Source: Vitrella brassicaformis CCMP3155 (Eukaryota > Protista > Chromerida). From it: 64,000 nucleotides of DNA. Location: the NCBI GenBank assembly GCA_001179505.1, contig CDMY01000240.1:1-64000 (forward strand). The letters are read 5' to 3'. Of the stretch, positions 33,745 through 46,153 are shown one piece after another. Each line of letters opens with the position of its first letter. Position 1 is the first letter of the stretch. The notes under the pieces are model-generated. The model saw nothing but the letters and a program-made list of their open reading frames with translations. It did no database searches and was not told the DNA's origin. Position numbers and translations under genes: made by a program.

Positions 33745-35232
33745 TTAAAAAAGGGGGTCTCCAAAGAGCGACGAGGGATCCACCACTTCCTTCACTTCCT
33801 CCGGTGCCACTTCCCCTCTGAACAGAAAGGTATCACGTTGCACCACTTTGAAGGCCAGGTAGGGCTGATGGTGGTTGGCAGGCGGAGTGCAGACCCCGGC
33901 GGCGCACCCCTCGCTCTTGTAGGTTTCAACGTCGAACTTGATCTTCACCTCCATATCGTCCAATCCCGGCATCGATAGCCTCTCAACCTTACCCTGAAAC
34001 ACAAAGCAAATAGCCATTTGCAATAACGGATGGATCCTGTTTGGCGTCGGTGTGCGGTGTGTGAGTGCATACCCGATTCTTGACGAGGTCTTTCAGTATG
34101 AAGGAGAGGTCAAACTCCTTGACAAACTTGTCAAAAGAGCTCTTCATTCCCTCATAGATGGTCTTGAGCTGCTCAGTGACCTCGTCCTCCAAGAATTGCA
34201 GCGTGAAAGTGCCGAAGCCTCCCAGGATGTCCTTCACGATCGCCTCGCCTGCTTCGGCATACTCTTTCTCACCAATCTCCTTACCTACACACACGCACGC
34301 ACACACACACACACACACAGAGGGAGAGGGAGAGGGAGACATACACAAATGTACGAAGGGCATTTTAATGTGCTGTCTCACCCCAAAACACTTCACCACA
34401 CTTGAAATGTCCACCAAGAAGGCCTAGGGGGAGCTCACACCGCGGTCCGTATTCCTCATTTATCTCGCGCTTCTTCTCGTTGCGATTGCTGCGAATGTCA
34501 GTGCTGGTAGCCTTAGCAATTTCGTTTTTCACGTCAGCGAGTGTTCCTCATCGGCTTTCTCCGCGAACTTCTCATTCGCGCCATGTGGGTCAGTCGCAAT
34601 CTCTTTGCCTCCTTGAATGACCCCAGGAACGTCACCCTTCCGCACAGCGTCGACAGTCTTCTGAACATTCTCTCGTGTGTTGTCCACAGCGTTCTCTACC
34701 TCCTTCTGAACTTCCTTGGCGGCCTTCTTGACGGTGTCCGCAACCTTCTTGACCGGGTTCGGCATCGAAAATTGCAGCTTGCGGTGCTCTTGGTCGCCCT
34801 CACCACCACCCCGTAGGCCAGACGGGGCCTGGAGTGACACGACACACACGCACATGCGTCAAGCACGTCAGAATGTGCAGAGGTGGAAATCAGTGGTTAC
34901 TTGGACGACATCAGGAAAGAGAGGATGTCGAATCTCGGGCTCGTATCTGGGATAAGTCATGCGCTCGGTCACCTCCTGCACCGTCTTGATCGGGTCCGTT
35001 TTGATCGGGTCGTTTTCCCACGGCCGGTCGGGACCCAGCTTGCGGTGCTCTTCGTCGCCCTCACGACCACCTCGTAGGCCAGCTGACGGTGCCTGATGTG
35101 ACACGACACACACACGCACAATGTCATGCGGCACACAACGATGTGACAGAGATGCGTCCAGCCGCCAATGCTTACCGAGGACGCAGGCCAGATGGCGATG
35201 GCGAGTGCAACCGTCAGCAGGGCCAGCTTCAT
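33745..35232 (-). pseudogene. Family D secreted protein, copy 2, with an extra duplicated exon 2 and a frameshift near 34540
   Basis: Signal exon, then APSAGLRGGREGDEEHRKL...DVVQ|gtaacc, then a second APSGLRGGGEGDQEHRKL exon whose frame hits TGA at 34529-34531 while the homologous continuation (VKNEIAKAT..EKKREINEEYGPRC) is in another frame. Confidence 0.75.
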
Positions 35233-35905
35233 TGTGACGGCTGAACAAGTGCTTGTCGAGGCTGAGGTAATGAAGAGCGCAAGGGGAGCAATGAAGAGCG
35301 GGATAGATGAAGAGGACGTAGCCGACGTCGATGATAGATGAGGGCAGACAGATGAGGGCGGCGGATGGAGACAGCTCGAGGCGAAGACTCCTCTCGATAG
35401 GAGAGAGCCTCGAGAACACATCCATCTCTACACATCCATCTCTTTTACATCTTTCTCTCCCCTCTCTCCCCGATTCTCTTCAGTTTTACGAATGAAAGCT
35501 CTAAGCACGTGTCGTTGAAGGGAGGGAGGCCTTCCTAGGTTTTGCTCGGGGAGCCCTGCATCGGGCCGATCTGAGCTGGTACGGACAGCACATGCAATCT
35601 GACACAGATGGCGATGGATGCGAGAGCTCTCGATTCATTTGCCGCTCTGTGTGTTCTTCCCGTTCTTCTCTTCTTCAGGCGCCTTTGAGCGGCTTCTTCA
35701 TCATCGACTTCCGCTCATTGAGTCTCAAAGGATGGTGCGGTAACAGAGGGGAGGGAAGAGAATCTTGGGTATGCTTCGCTTCTGTGGGTGCAGATCTCTC
35801 ACTCCTCACACCCTGCTACAGCTCATGACAGCGATGCTACCGCTTCATTCAGCCACTGTAGCCGTCAGTGGCGATGGTCATGTGCTGACTGAGTGAGTCG
35901 TCACG

Positions 35906-36946
35906 ATATCTGATTCGGTGCCCGACGACCGGTGGCGGAGGCGCATTCTGCCGTCCCTTCTCGTCCATGAGGCGGTCTGTGTCCGAGCGACCTGCTGGGC
36001 GAAGGCGGCTCTCGTGACCGCCGCTCTGCTGGTGGAGCGCATCGACGGCTCCCTCGTCCGCCACTCCCTCACCGGCCTCATCGACATCGACCGCACCGCC
36101 CCTCTCCCATTCAGCTATGTGCTGCGGGCGGCCTATGTGCTGGAGCAGGGCAGCAACGAGTGGCCTGGGATGGAACGGTTCATCCGGCTGGCCGCCATCT
36201 ATCGGCTGACGCCTGCCAATGGGCTGCCCCTGGTGCTGTCGGCTCAGTGGCTGGCAGCCCACCTTCCCAGCAGGACGGCATTCCACCAGCTGCCATTGGC
36301 CATGGCAATCTATCGGCTGTTCGGCCACCTGCTCACACACCACACACACAGCCTGGCGCTGCAGGAAATCGACAACCGACACTATTGGATCGGCGATGTA
36401 GAGACATTTCGTGTGGTGCCGTTGGGTGAGTTGCCGGGCGGCCATCGCTATGCTGACGGCTACAAGCGAGCTGACCCCGCCATCCGCTCGAGCACTTACG
36501 TCTTCCCCTTTTTTTCGGCATTCCTGCTGAACAGTCTGCTCTCCTACTGGTGCGATGGAGAGGGGGTGGGTCACAGGAGGGTGCTGCGTGCGGACATCGG
36601 CCGTGGTGACTGTCGGTATGGTCGTCTGGTGAGGACCGACGGCATCACAGAGGACTTGGGCATCGTCGCCGACTGGGGCTACGATAGGGGCAATCTTGAC
36701 TGGGTATATGTGGGGATGGAGAAGCGCTTTGTCGTTGTGAGCGGCTTCCGCCAGGGCGAGACGATCGCTGCCTATCTGCTTGTGGAGTTCGGCTCCATCC
36801 ATCTGTACACCACTGAGCGGCCTGCTGCCAATACGCCTGCATCTCTCACTGTCCGCTTCTCCGGGTCGATGCCCTTGTGGCGCCGTCTGCTGCGTCCATT
36901 CGGTCTCAAGAGTGACGTCATTGACAGGGGGACGGTGGTGGGGTGA
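35906..36946 (+). CDS. Family A, subtype A2; reading frame intact but the start codon is ATA (probable start loss)
   Basis: gtcacgATAtctgattcggtgccc here versus gtcacgATGtctgattcagtgcct at 30664; the rest is an open 340+ aa frame. Confidence 0.7.
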   Translation: MSDSVPDDRWRRRILPSLLVHEAVCVRATCWAKAALVTAALLVERIDGSLVRHSLTGLIDIDRTAPLPFSYVLRAAYVLEQGSNEWPGMERFIRLAAIYRLTPANGLPLVLSAQWLAAHLPSRTAFHQLPLAMAIYRLFGHLLTHHTHSLALQEIDNRHYWIGDVETFRVVPLGELPGGHRYADGYKRADPAIRSSTYVFPFFSAFLLNSLLSYWCDGEGVGHRRVLRADIGRGDCRYGRLVRTDGITEDLGIVADWGYDRGNLDWVYVGMEKRFVVVSGFRQGETIAAYLLVEFGSIHLYTTERPAANTPASLTVRFSGSMPLWRRLLRPFGLKSDVIDRGTVVG

Positions 36947-37769
36947 GTGATGCCGGCCGGCTGGGGGGCTAATGGCTGCAGGGGTGTGCACGTGTGAGTG
37001 TCCGGTGACTTGACGCATTGAGCACGTGAGTACTCCGTAGACTAGAGAGACTGATGATGACAAATTTCCCTTAAGCCACGTCTTTATGTGTATTACACAT
37101 GCGTCTGTCCATCCATCCGAGCAGTCGACCACGGGAAGGCAAGACCCACACAGACATGCACACACAAAGACCTCACACATCGTCTATTCGTGCCCTCATG
37201 CAGTCATCGTGTTGTGTTGGGTTCCATTAGGCATCCCCTGGCCGCCGTGTGAGAGATAGCGGTGTCGTTGTCTGTCGTTGCTGCGCGTGGTGTGTTGCGA
37301 CGCGTTGAGAGAGCATCCCTCCATAGCTTCACAGGTATGGTGCGAAAGCAGCACAGGGCCCAGGGTGCCTCTGTCTGTTGATGGATCATCCGTGTGGTTT
37401 TGCTTCTCTTCGCCTCTGCAGGCAGCGTATCGAATCGGCGGCACGTGCCGGCTCAAAATCCTTCGTCGCCTTCAGCTCCCCCCGACCCGCAGGTACAGTG
37501 AATTCACATGGCCACGCTGAGCCACTCGCACCGTTCTCTCCATCCGTCACGTATGCGCGTTGTATGCTTTGCCGATCAGCATACACCTGACGACGGCAAG
37601 TCGTCGTATCGCCTCGTGAGCACCACTGGCCGCCAGCCGACCACATAACAACAACCCCGGGTAGCTACCTGCACTGACCACACAGCTCGCCATGCAACAC
37701 ACACAAGATGAATCAATCAATCAATCAATCATGGCCCCTTGCTGCGCTGTGGTGTCTGTCCTTATTGTG

Positions 37770-38590
37770 CAGGCCGGTTCTCGTCTATGTGAGGCGGAGC
37801 TGTCGTGTGTGTTTGCCAACTGGCAGCCGTGCGAGCTGACTCGGCTGCGTCCGGCCATCGGGACGTCTCTGTTCCTCCATGCTGCCGCCAACTACACCCA
37901 CCTGGTCATCGACTCGACCGCCGAGAGACCGCGGCAGATGTGGGAGCGGATGCGGCTTCCCATCGCACACAAGAGGGGTGGCAGGGCGATCAACCTGCGG
38001 CATGTGGGCCACCGTGCTGACGACCCCAATGGCCAACGCATTCACGACCGACAACGGCGTGTCGGTGACCATGAGCAAGCTTGACCTTGACCTGCGCAAC
38101 ATCTCAGAGGCGGCAGGGATGGCCGCACTGGTATCGCTGGGCAGCGACAAGAAGCTCAAGGCGGTGTACATGGAGCTGACGGGGGTGGGGCAGAAGGGGC
38201 TGCAGTGGGGCCAGAGTGTGGAGCGCCTGCCGGCCGTCGAATACATGATAATCAAGCTGGATGGTGGGCTAGTGAAGGGCAGATCACACACACAGACAGA
38301 CACTGTGTCTCTCTCTATCTGCCTCTGTGTGTGTGTGTGACTCATCAGTGTGTCGTGCCCGCCCGACCGTCACATCTCTGCTGCAGCTGCGAGGCCTGCG
38401 AGAGCTGCACGTATACGTTCACCGCAACGAGTGTGTCCAGAGGGCCATGACCCAGCACAACGTCCACGGCTTCACCATCACGCAGCGGAATGGCAGTGGC
38501 GACGTCGTGTGGTTTCGCCTCGAGTGGGCCGTGGAGGACGGCATGGTCGAAGTGACGGCTCAAAGAGAGGCACAAGAGGTATGCAGGCGC
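37770..38590 (+). pseudogene. Degenerate member of another lineage-expanded hypothetical family (F-box-like start), frameshifted and running into the gap
   Basis: LSCVFANWQPCELTRLRPAIGTSLFLHAAANYTHLVID...WERMRLPIAHK.G.RAINLRH, with later blocks in other frames (LKAVYMELTG..LPAVE, LLQLRGLRELHV). Confidence 0.45.
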
Positions 38591-38608
38591 CAGGGAGGGG
38601 GGGGGGGG

Positions 38609-38908
38609 NNNNNNNNNNNNNNNNNNNNNNNNNNNNNNNNNNNNNNNNNNNNNNNNNNNNNNNNNNNNNNNNNNNNNNNNNNNNNNNNNNNNNNNNNNNN
38701 NNNNNNNNNNNNNNNNNNNNNNNNNNNNNNNNNNNNNNNNNNNNNNNNNNNNNNNNNNNNNNNNNNNNNNNNNNNNNNNNNNNNNNNNNNNNNNNNNNNN
38801 NNNNNNNNNNNNNNNNNNNNNNNNNNNNNNNNNNNNNNNNNNNNNNNNNNNNNNNNNNNNNNNNNNNNNNNNNNNNNNNNNNNNNNNNNNNNNNNNNNNN
38901 NNNNNNNN
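38609..38908. other. Assembly gap (300 N)
   Basis: Run of n. Confidence 1.
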
Positions 38909-39512
38909 GGGAGGGAGGGATGGCTGTTTATGTGGCTCGGTGTTGTTTGTTGTCGTGTGTCTGCCAGGTTAGCAGCTGCCCGGCGACGAGGCCGTGTTTG
39001 TAACCGCTTGAAGCGGATGGATGGACCCATGGTCTCGCCGCAGCAAGTATCGTCTTCCCGGCCGACCGAGCGACTGTTTTCCGTTCTGCCTGTTCATATC
39101 GGCGATGCACATAGCTTGTCGATGAATGCCGGACTGACTGCGTGTCTTGTACACTAGGGGCAAGGGCAGCGTATGGGAGAAGACTGCTCGTATTCTCATG
39201 AGGGGGACATGTGATCACATATTCAGGCATAATTGACAAAGTCCATCGCAGCACCAACACGTAGATAACACGCTTCGCTTCACCCACTCAGAGTGAGTGA
39301 GGAGCATGAGTCAATTGACCTCATCCTTATCAGCGAGGCCACGCAATCAGTCACAGCATGTGAAGTGGACACATGACCCATCCAAACACAGTATCCAAAC
39401 GCACTCAGCCACCTTCCACCACTGCTTGTCAGGCAGACAGGCAGACAGGCAGGCAGACAGACCCTCTTCACCCATTGCGTGAACCAGCTACACCAAATCG
39501 CCAGCCAGCCCC

Positions 39513-40550
39513 TCACCCCACCACCGTCCCCCTGTCGATGACGTCACGCTCGAGACCGAATGGCCGCAGCAGACGGCGGACGGCACCAATCGACACCTGG
39601 AAGCGGACGGAGAGAGGCTGAGGCCGATCGGCAGTACGCCGCTCGGTCGTGAACAGATCGATACGGCCATTCCATACCAACAGGTGGGAAGCGACGGTCT
39701 CGTTGGGCCGAAACCCGCTCACGATCACATTACGTTCGTCCCTCGCATCAGCAGCATTCAGATCGCCCCGGTCACGACGGTAGTCGACAGTAATGCCCTG
39801 ATCCTCTGTGATGTTGTCGGTCAGCAGACGGCCATACCGACAGTCACCATGGCCGATGTGTGCTTCGAGGACCCTCCTATGACCCACCACCCCCTCTCCA
39901 TCCGACCACCAGAGGAACACCGCATGCATCAGGAATGCCGAGAAGGAGAGGTAGAGGAATCTGTCCGAGCGGATGACTGGATCGGTCCGCTTGTAGCCGT
40001 AAGCGTAGGGATGGCCGCCCGGCAGCTCACCCAACGGCACCACACGAAAGGTCCACAAATTGCCAATCCAATAGCTCCCGTCATCGGCTGGCTGCAGCGC
40101 CAGGCTGGTCCCTTCGTCTGTGAGCAGGTGGCTGAACAGCCGATAAATCGCCATCGCCAAGGGCAGCTGGTGGAATGCCGTCCTGCTGGGAAGGTGGGCT
40201 GTCAGCCACTGAGCCGACAGCACCAGGGGCAGCCCATTGGCAGGCGTCAGCCGATAGATGGCGGCCAGCCGGATGAACCGCCCCATCCCAGGCCACTCGT
40301 TGCTGCCCTGCTCCAGCACATAGGCCGCCCGCAGGACATAGCTGAATGGGAGAGGGGCGGTGCGGTCGATGTCGATGAGGCCGGTGAGGGAGTGGCGGGC
40401 GAGGGAGCCGTCGATGCGCTCCACCAGCAGAGCGGCCGTCACCAGAGCCGCCTTCACCCGGCAGGTCGCTCGGACACAGACCGCCTCATGGACGAGAAGG
40501 GACGGCAGAATGCGCCCGAGCCACAGCTCGTCAGGCACCGAATCAGACAT
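39513..40550 (-). CDS. Family A, subtype A2, intact
   Basis: MSDSVPDELWLGRILPSLLVHEAVCVRATCRVKAALV (F-box-like) ... VIDRGTVVG*. The only A2 copy with both an ATG and no disruption. Confidence 0.8.
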   Translation of the reverse strand: MSDSVPDELWLGRILPSLLVHEAVCVRATCRVKAALVTAALLVERIDGSLARHSLTGLIDIDRTAPLPFSYVLRAAYVLEQGSNEWPGMGRFIRLAAIYRLTPANGLPLVLSAQWLTAHLPSRTAFHQLPLAMAIYRLFSHLLTDEGTSLALQPADDGSYWIGNLWTFRVVPLGELPGGHPYAYGYKRTDPVIRSDRFLYLSFSAFLMHAVFLWWSDGEGVVGHRRVLEAHIGHGDCRYGRLLTDNITEDQGITVDYRRDRGDLNAADARDERNVIVSGFRPNETVASHLLVWNGRIDLFTTERRTADRPQPLSVRFQVSIGAVRRLLRPFGLERDVIDRGTVVG

Positions 40551-41152
40551 CACCAAGAATCACTCAGTGAGCGCACGGCCACAACCACTGACGGCCACAG
40601 CGGCTGAATGAAGCGGTACGTCGCTGTCATGAGCTGCAGCAGGGTGTGAGGAGGCGAGAGATCTGCATCCACACAAACATACAGCAGCAGCTGCTGCTCG
40701 AAGCATACCCAAGATTCCCTCCCTTCTCTTCCCTCACCCTTTGAGACTCGAGCAATGAGCGGAACGCCGCCGCCATGGAGAGGAACGGGGAGACCCCACT
40801 GAATCACTGGCTGCAGTTGGAGTATCAGCAGTAGCTCGGGGTAGCGAGTAGGAATGTGACGAAGCCGGAAGAAGCATTTAGTGACGACGGAGGTCTCATG
40901 GAAAGCTTGGGTCCATCCGCATCATGTCTCGTAGATCTGGTCCGTGTAACTCGCCGCCGACAGTTAGACAGCTCTCCTCGCGAGAGGAGACGAGAGGAGC
41001 CCTCGAGTTGTCTCTTTCCGCCGCCCTATCATCTGTCTGCCCTCATCATCTCATCAGTTCACCCGTTTCTCCGAGTCTGCATCTCCCCTTCGTTGCTTCC
41101 CTTGCTCTCTTGCCTCAGTCCCGACAGCACAACAGTCAAGACAACAGCCGTC

Positions 41153-42290
41153 ATGATGAAGCTGGCCCTGCTGACCCTTGCACTCGCCATCGCCATCTGG
41201 CCTGCGTCATCGGTAAGCATTGGCGGCTGGACGCATCTCTGTCGTGCAGCACGACAATTGAAGTGTGTGTGTCGTGTCACATCAGGCGCCGTCTGGCCTA
41301 CGAGGTGGTCGCGAGGGTGACGAAGAGCACCGGAAGCTGCTAAAGGTCAAGGTTCCGAACCCGGCCAAGAAGGTTGTGGACACCGTCAAGAAGACCGCCG
41401 ACGCTGTTCGGCGTGGCGACGTTGTTGGGGCCGCCCAAGGAGCCAGCCGGGTGGCGAGAGATGTACAAGGAGAGGGCCTGAGGGATGCAGCCGGTCAGGC
41501 CGCCTCGAGGGTTCGCAACGAAATTGCTGATGCTACCGGCGTTGACGGGGTCGTTCGCACAACCAGAGGCGAAAAGAAGCGCGAGATAAACGAGGAATAC
41601 GAGCCGCGGTGTGATGAGTCATTTTACTCCACCGGGTGTGGTGACGTGTTATGGGGTGAGTTAGCATATTAGGATGGTCTTGATGCATTGTTGTATATCT
41701 GTATGTCTCTCTCTCTCTCTCTCTCTGTGTGTGTCCGTGTGTGTGTACGTGTGTGTCTCCGTGTGTGTGTGCGTGTCTGTCTGTCTGTCTGTGTAGGTAA
41801 AATGATTGATGAGAAAAAGTACGCCGAAGGAATCACGGCGATCGTGGCGGACATCTTGGGAGGCGCTGGGACCTTCACGCTGCAATACTTGGTCGACATG
41901 GTCACGGAGCAAGTCGAGGCCATCTATGGAGACATGCAAAGCTCCTTGACCGAGTTCATGAACGAGGTCTGCCTGGAGTGCATACTGAGAGAAGTCATCA
42001 AGAATCGAGTATGTGCGCACACGCGCTCGAGGTTGAAGCCATTTGCTGTAAATGGCTGTTTGTCCGATGTCTATGGCTTCTGTGTGGCCTGTCAGGGAGA
42101 TATCACGTCGCTGGAGCTGACTGGACTGGGAATGGGTATAAATGGTAATGGGGAGACACTTAAGACTATGTACATGGAGCTCAAGTTCGATGTTCTGACG
42201 TACAAGCGCGAGGGGTGCGTCGCCGACGTCTGCACTCCCCTCCCCAACCACCATCAGCCCTACCTGGCCTTCAAGCTGAAGACTTCCTAA
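41153..42290 (+). CDS. Family D secreted protein, copy 3 (4 exons, intact)
   Basis: MMKLALLTLALAIAIWPASS|APSGLRGGREGDEEHRKL...RCDE..GCGDVLWG|KMIDEKKYAEGITAIVADILGGAGTFTLQY..VIKNR|GDITSL..KFDVLTYKREGCVADVCTPLPNHHQPYLAFKLKTS*. Confidence 0.8.
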
Positions 42291-44650
42291 CTGCCTTCTC
42301 TGTCTCTCGGCTGCATGACGTGGCGCGCATGAAGGTGTCCGTGTGTGTGCATGTGAGGATCTGTGACGAGGCAATGCCGCCTCAAGAGGAACGCAGCTGT
42401 ACGGCGGAGAGGAGGGGGTTCCACGTAGTGCGTGATGTTTGTTGAAGGTGGTGTGTGTGTGTGCACAAGTGTGTGTGAATCGTCTGTGCTGTCTACGAAT
42501 GCGTTTGTGTCTCGAGAAAGAACGCAGATGTCTATGCCGTTCGCGCAGAGACACCAGACACGCAGAGACAGATTTGCAGCTATGTGTGCGTGAGTGACAC
42601 ACGCGTTCATCGCATCGTGTTATCCTTGCACTGCCTTCTCTCTCTCTCCCTCTCTCGCTCTCTGTGTGTGTGTGTGTGTGTGTGTGCGTGTGTGTGTCTT
42701 TGTGTGCACGTGTTGTGAGACAATCGGGACAGGCGGACGTGACAGTCTCTTCGTTCTCGCGTGGGCGAACATGTGTGTCTAAAGCTTGTTAAGTGTCTCG
42801 TTGTTCCTAGGAATGGCACCCACATATGGATTCATCCACAGCGTCTGTCGGTCTCTCTGTGCGTCTGTATGTTCTGTCTGTGTGTCTGTGTCGTTAGTCA
42901 ATCGGCGCGCACAAACCTCGACGTTCACTCCGTTTGCAAGCACCCACACATGCAGCCATGCAACACCCTTCGTTTGTTGCTTTAGACACCGCTTCGTGCC
43001 GCTGCTCCGTTATGGTGGCGTGGGGGGTGCGCTGATGGCATTTAAGACTCCTCCTGACGAGGAGAGCTCACACCTGTCAGTTTTGTAGGAGATGATGCCC
43101 TGGCTAGGACTTCTGGCCAGGGTTCAGTCTGAAAGGCCACTCACTGCAGGTTCGCAGGTCTGTCTTTCACGCACACACACAGACAGTCAGCTGTGGCTTG
43201 TCTGTCGTTCGAGTCTGCCTGTCATCTCGGTCTCTCTCTGTTCGTCTGCCTGGGCCTGTCTGCGATGGACTTGACGGTCGGTCATGGAAGGCACAGCGGT
43301 CGGGCGGGCAATCAGAGAGAGAGCTGAGCTTTCAGAGCTCTCCTGCATGCCTCGATCGCACAAGCACATCAGATGCCTCAAGAGCTGCCTTGCTTCAAGA
43401 GAGAGCATCACACACAAGCATTGCAAGGCAGAGGTAACAAAGATCGGTGGGTAACCACACGCATCCATCCATCCATCCATCCATCCATAAGCCGATCAGT
43501 CGGTTTAGTCAGTCACACAGCATGGCAGAAAAAATGCCCGTCGATGATCAGATCGTCTTGGTCGGCCGGTCGGCAGCATCAACTCATGCGGCCGCACGCA
43601 CTCTCAGAGATAGATAGCGAGAATGAACGGGCGGAGAGAGTAATTAGGCCCCCAGTGCATCGTTGCGTCAGGGGGGTACACACGAGACACACATACACAC
43701 ACATAATGATGCACTGAGGGAGGGAGGAAGGGACATTGAAAGCAAGATCCGTCTGTCTGTCTGTCTGTCTGGTGACATACGGAGAGATGTGGCGACGCCC
43801 ATCTTGCGTCGCTGCTGGCTTCTCGTCACGGCCGGGAAGGAACTGACACACAGCCGCTGTCGGCCAGACGGCAGTACTTTCCCTTCCACTGGGAGAAATC
43901 AGCAGCGACCGCCGAGATGACGGCCGGCCGTGGACACTCGGTCACCGACGAGAGTCGAGACAGAGAGAACATAGAGAGTAGGGACTGATATCAAAGCCAC
44001 CCATACCCACCCACCAATCCACCCACTGCACGGACCCAAACAACCAAAGCATCCCTCTCACTCATCCACTCTCTCGCACAACCACTTGACGTGTCAGAGC
44101 TTATCACAGACAGACAGACAGGTAGACAGACAGATACATGGGGGCAGGGCGCACTGCTCTCTTCCTGTTGTGTATAGAAACAGAAGACAGACACATACAG
44201 AGGGGATCGGTTTACAGAAGTGAAGCAGCGCGAAAAGTCCATGCCCCGTTTTGTTTGTCATCACCAATGCAGCGCACATACAGACAGACGGCATTTCGCC
44301 GTGCGAGTCGTTTCTAGCCGGTGTCGCGGCCTTCCTGAGATGGCTCGTGTTGCGATGCTGCTGCTGCCTTACGAGAGAGAGCGAGAGAGAGAGAGAGGTG
44401 GAAAAAACCGAAAAGAGAAGAGAACCAATGTGCGCACTCTTTCCCTCCCTCCCTCCCTCTCCCTCCCCTCCCTGTCAGTAGACCATCACAAAGGCACACG
44501 CACTCCCCTCCTCCCTCTCTCACACGGACCCATCCACTCAAACCCCCACACACAGAAAGAAAGAAAAACAAAACAAAAGAAACATTAGATTAGACAACAT
44601 ACCAACCAACCCATAGCAGCCGGCCAGCCAGCCGCATGGGTCATCTCTCT

Positions 44651-46153
44651 CTATCTGCCCACATCCCGCGACACAAACGAGTTGCCCTGCTGCTGCTGCT
44701 GCTGCTGTTGCTGCTGTAATGGGTCGAATCTGTTCTGCGCCCGTGTCATCAGCCGGCTCCCGCCCCTCATGGGCCCTGCTGCCGACGCCTGCTGCTGCTG
44801 CTGCTGCCCCTGCCCCTGCCCCTCGGTCGTTGGCTGCTGCACCGATCGCTGATGGTTCATGGGGCTGCCGACGCCCCTGTTGGTGGTCTGGTGGTCGTTG
44901 TGGTGGATCTGTGTGGACTCGGAGGCATAGCCATACTGATGTGTGTGGGTATGAGGGGGTGGGTGGCCGGGCTGCGTGTGCACTGGGTGGGAGAAGGGAT
45001 TGGGATTGGCGGGGAGGGGGTGTGGNNNNNNNNNNNNNNNNNNNNNNNNNNNNNNNNNNNNNNNNNNNNNNNNNNNNNNNNNNNNNNNNNNNNNNNNNNN
45101 NNNNNNNNNNNNNNNNNNNNNNNNNNNNNNNNNNNNNNNNNNNNNNNNNNNNNNNNNNNNNNNNNNNNNNNNNNNNNNNNNNNNNNNNNNNNNNNNNNNN
45201 NNNNNNNNNNNNNNNNNNNNNNNNNNNNNNNNNNNNNNNNNNNNNNNNNNNNNNNNNNNNNNNNNNNNNNNNNNNNNNNNNNNNNNNNNNNNNNNNNNNN
45301 NNNNNNNNNNNNNNNNNNNNNNNNNAGGGTGGCCGTTTCGTTCCTGTCGACGAAGGAGGGGGGCGGGGGCGGCCAGGCTGATGTGAGTGTCGACTGCGTG
45401 ACAGTGTCCGCCTCGCTCGCGCAGTGGCCACCGTCGGCATCGTCAGCCTGGCACCATAAAGGCAGAGAGAGAGGGAGGGAGGGAGGGAGGGAGAGAGATG
45501 TGCACAGAGTCATTCTATGTGTGTGGGATCTCCTCTCCTCAGTGCTGACTGACCTCGGCTGACTGCGGTGGGTACTTCCTGAGCTTGAACGAGACGCCGT
45601 CAGGTATGAGGAAGGCTCGCCGGTTGCTCTCGAGGTGGCGCTTGACGTGCCCCCAGGCCTTGTTGCTGAGGTGCTTGCCGCCGCCCACACGCTCCTTCTC
45701 CGCGTTGTGGTGCACCTCGATCGCTGTCACCATACCTGCACACACACACACACATATACACACACATACAGAGTCAGAGACGTCTCTCCCTCTCCCTCCC
45801 TCTGTGTGTCCCTCCCTCCCTGTTTGTGCGTACCAGAAAAGGGCGGCGAGTAGGGGACGGCTTCGATTCGGTTGCACTCCTTGAGCTCGGCCGTGGATGC
45901 GGCGGAGCTGCTGTCGAGCCAGTTGATGATGCGGCCCCAGGCGTCGCACGGCAGCTGGAAGTGCTTCCCGTTCTTCTCGGCGTGGACGTACTGACACACA
46001 CGCACAGGCGCACGATAGACACACACGAGGGATGGCCGTGACATCAGAAAGAGAGCAACGTGTACCCTGCCTGTGTGTGTGTGTGTGTCCATCTGTTCTC
46101 ACCTGTGTAGCTTGTGTCGTGGGAGGGGGTTGCTGCGCAGAGGACGGCAGCAT
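44651..46153 (-). CDS. Hypothetical Gln/Pro-rich protein, multi-exon, interrupted by the assembly gap
   Basis: Putative exons MLPSSAQQPPPTTQATQ|YVHAEKNGKHFQLPCDAWGRIINWLD..PPFS|GMVTAIEVHH..RKYPPQSAE|...polyQ...SRDVGR* with GT-AG borders. Confidence 0.45.
45026..45325. other. Assembly gap (300 N)
   Basis: Run of n. Confidence 1.

Noticed and set aside
42300-44600. Many short ORFs rich in CVCV, THTH, DRQT or SLSL
   Set aside because: Translations of (GT)n, (CTGT)n and (GA)n microsatellites; no coherent exon chain could be built.
38609-45325. Poly-X stretches in ORFs
   Set aside because: Two 300-N scaffold gaps (38609-38908 and 45026-45325), not biological; contiguity across them is unverified.
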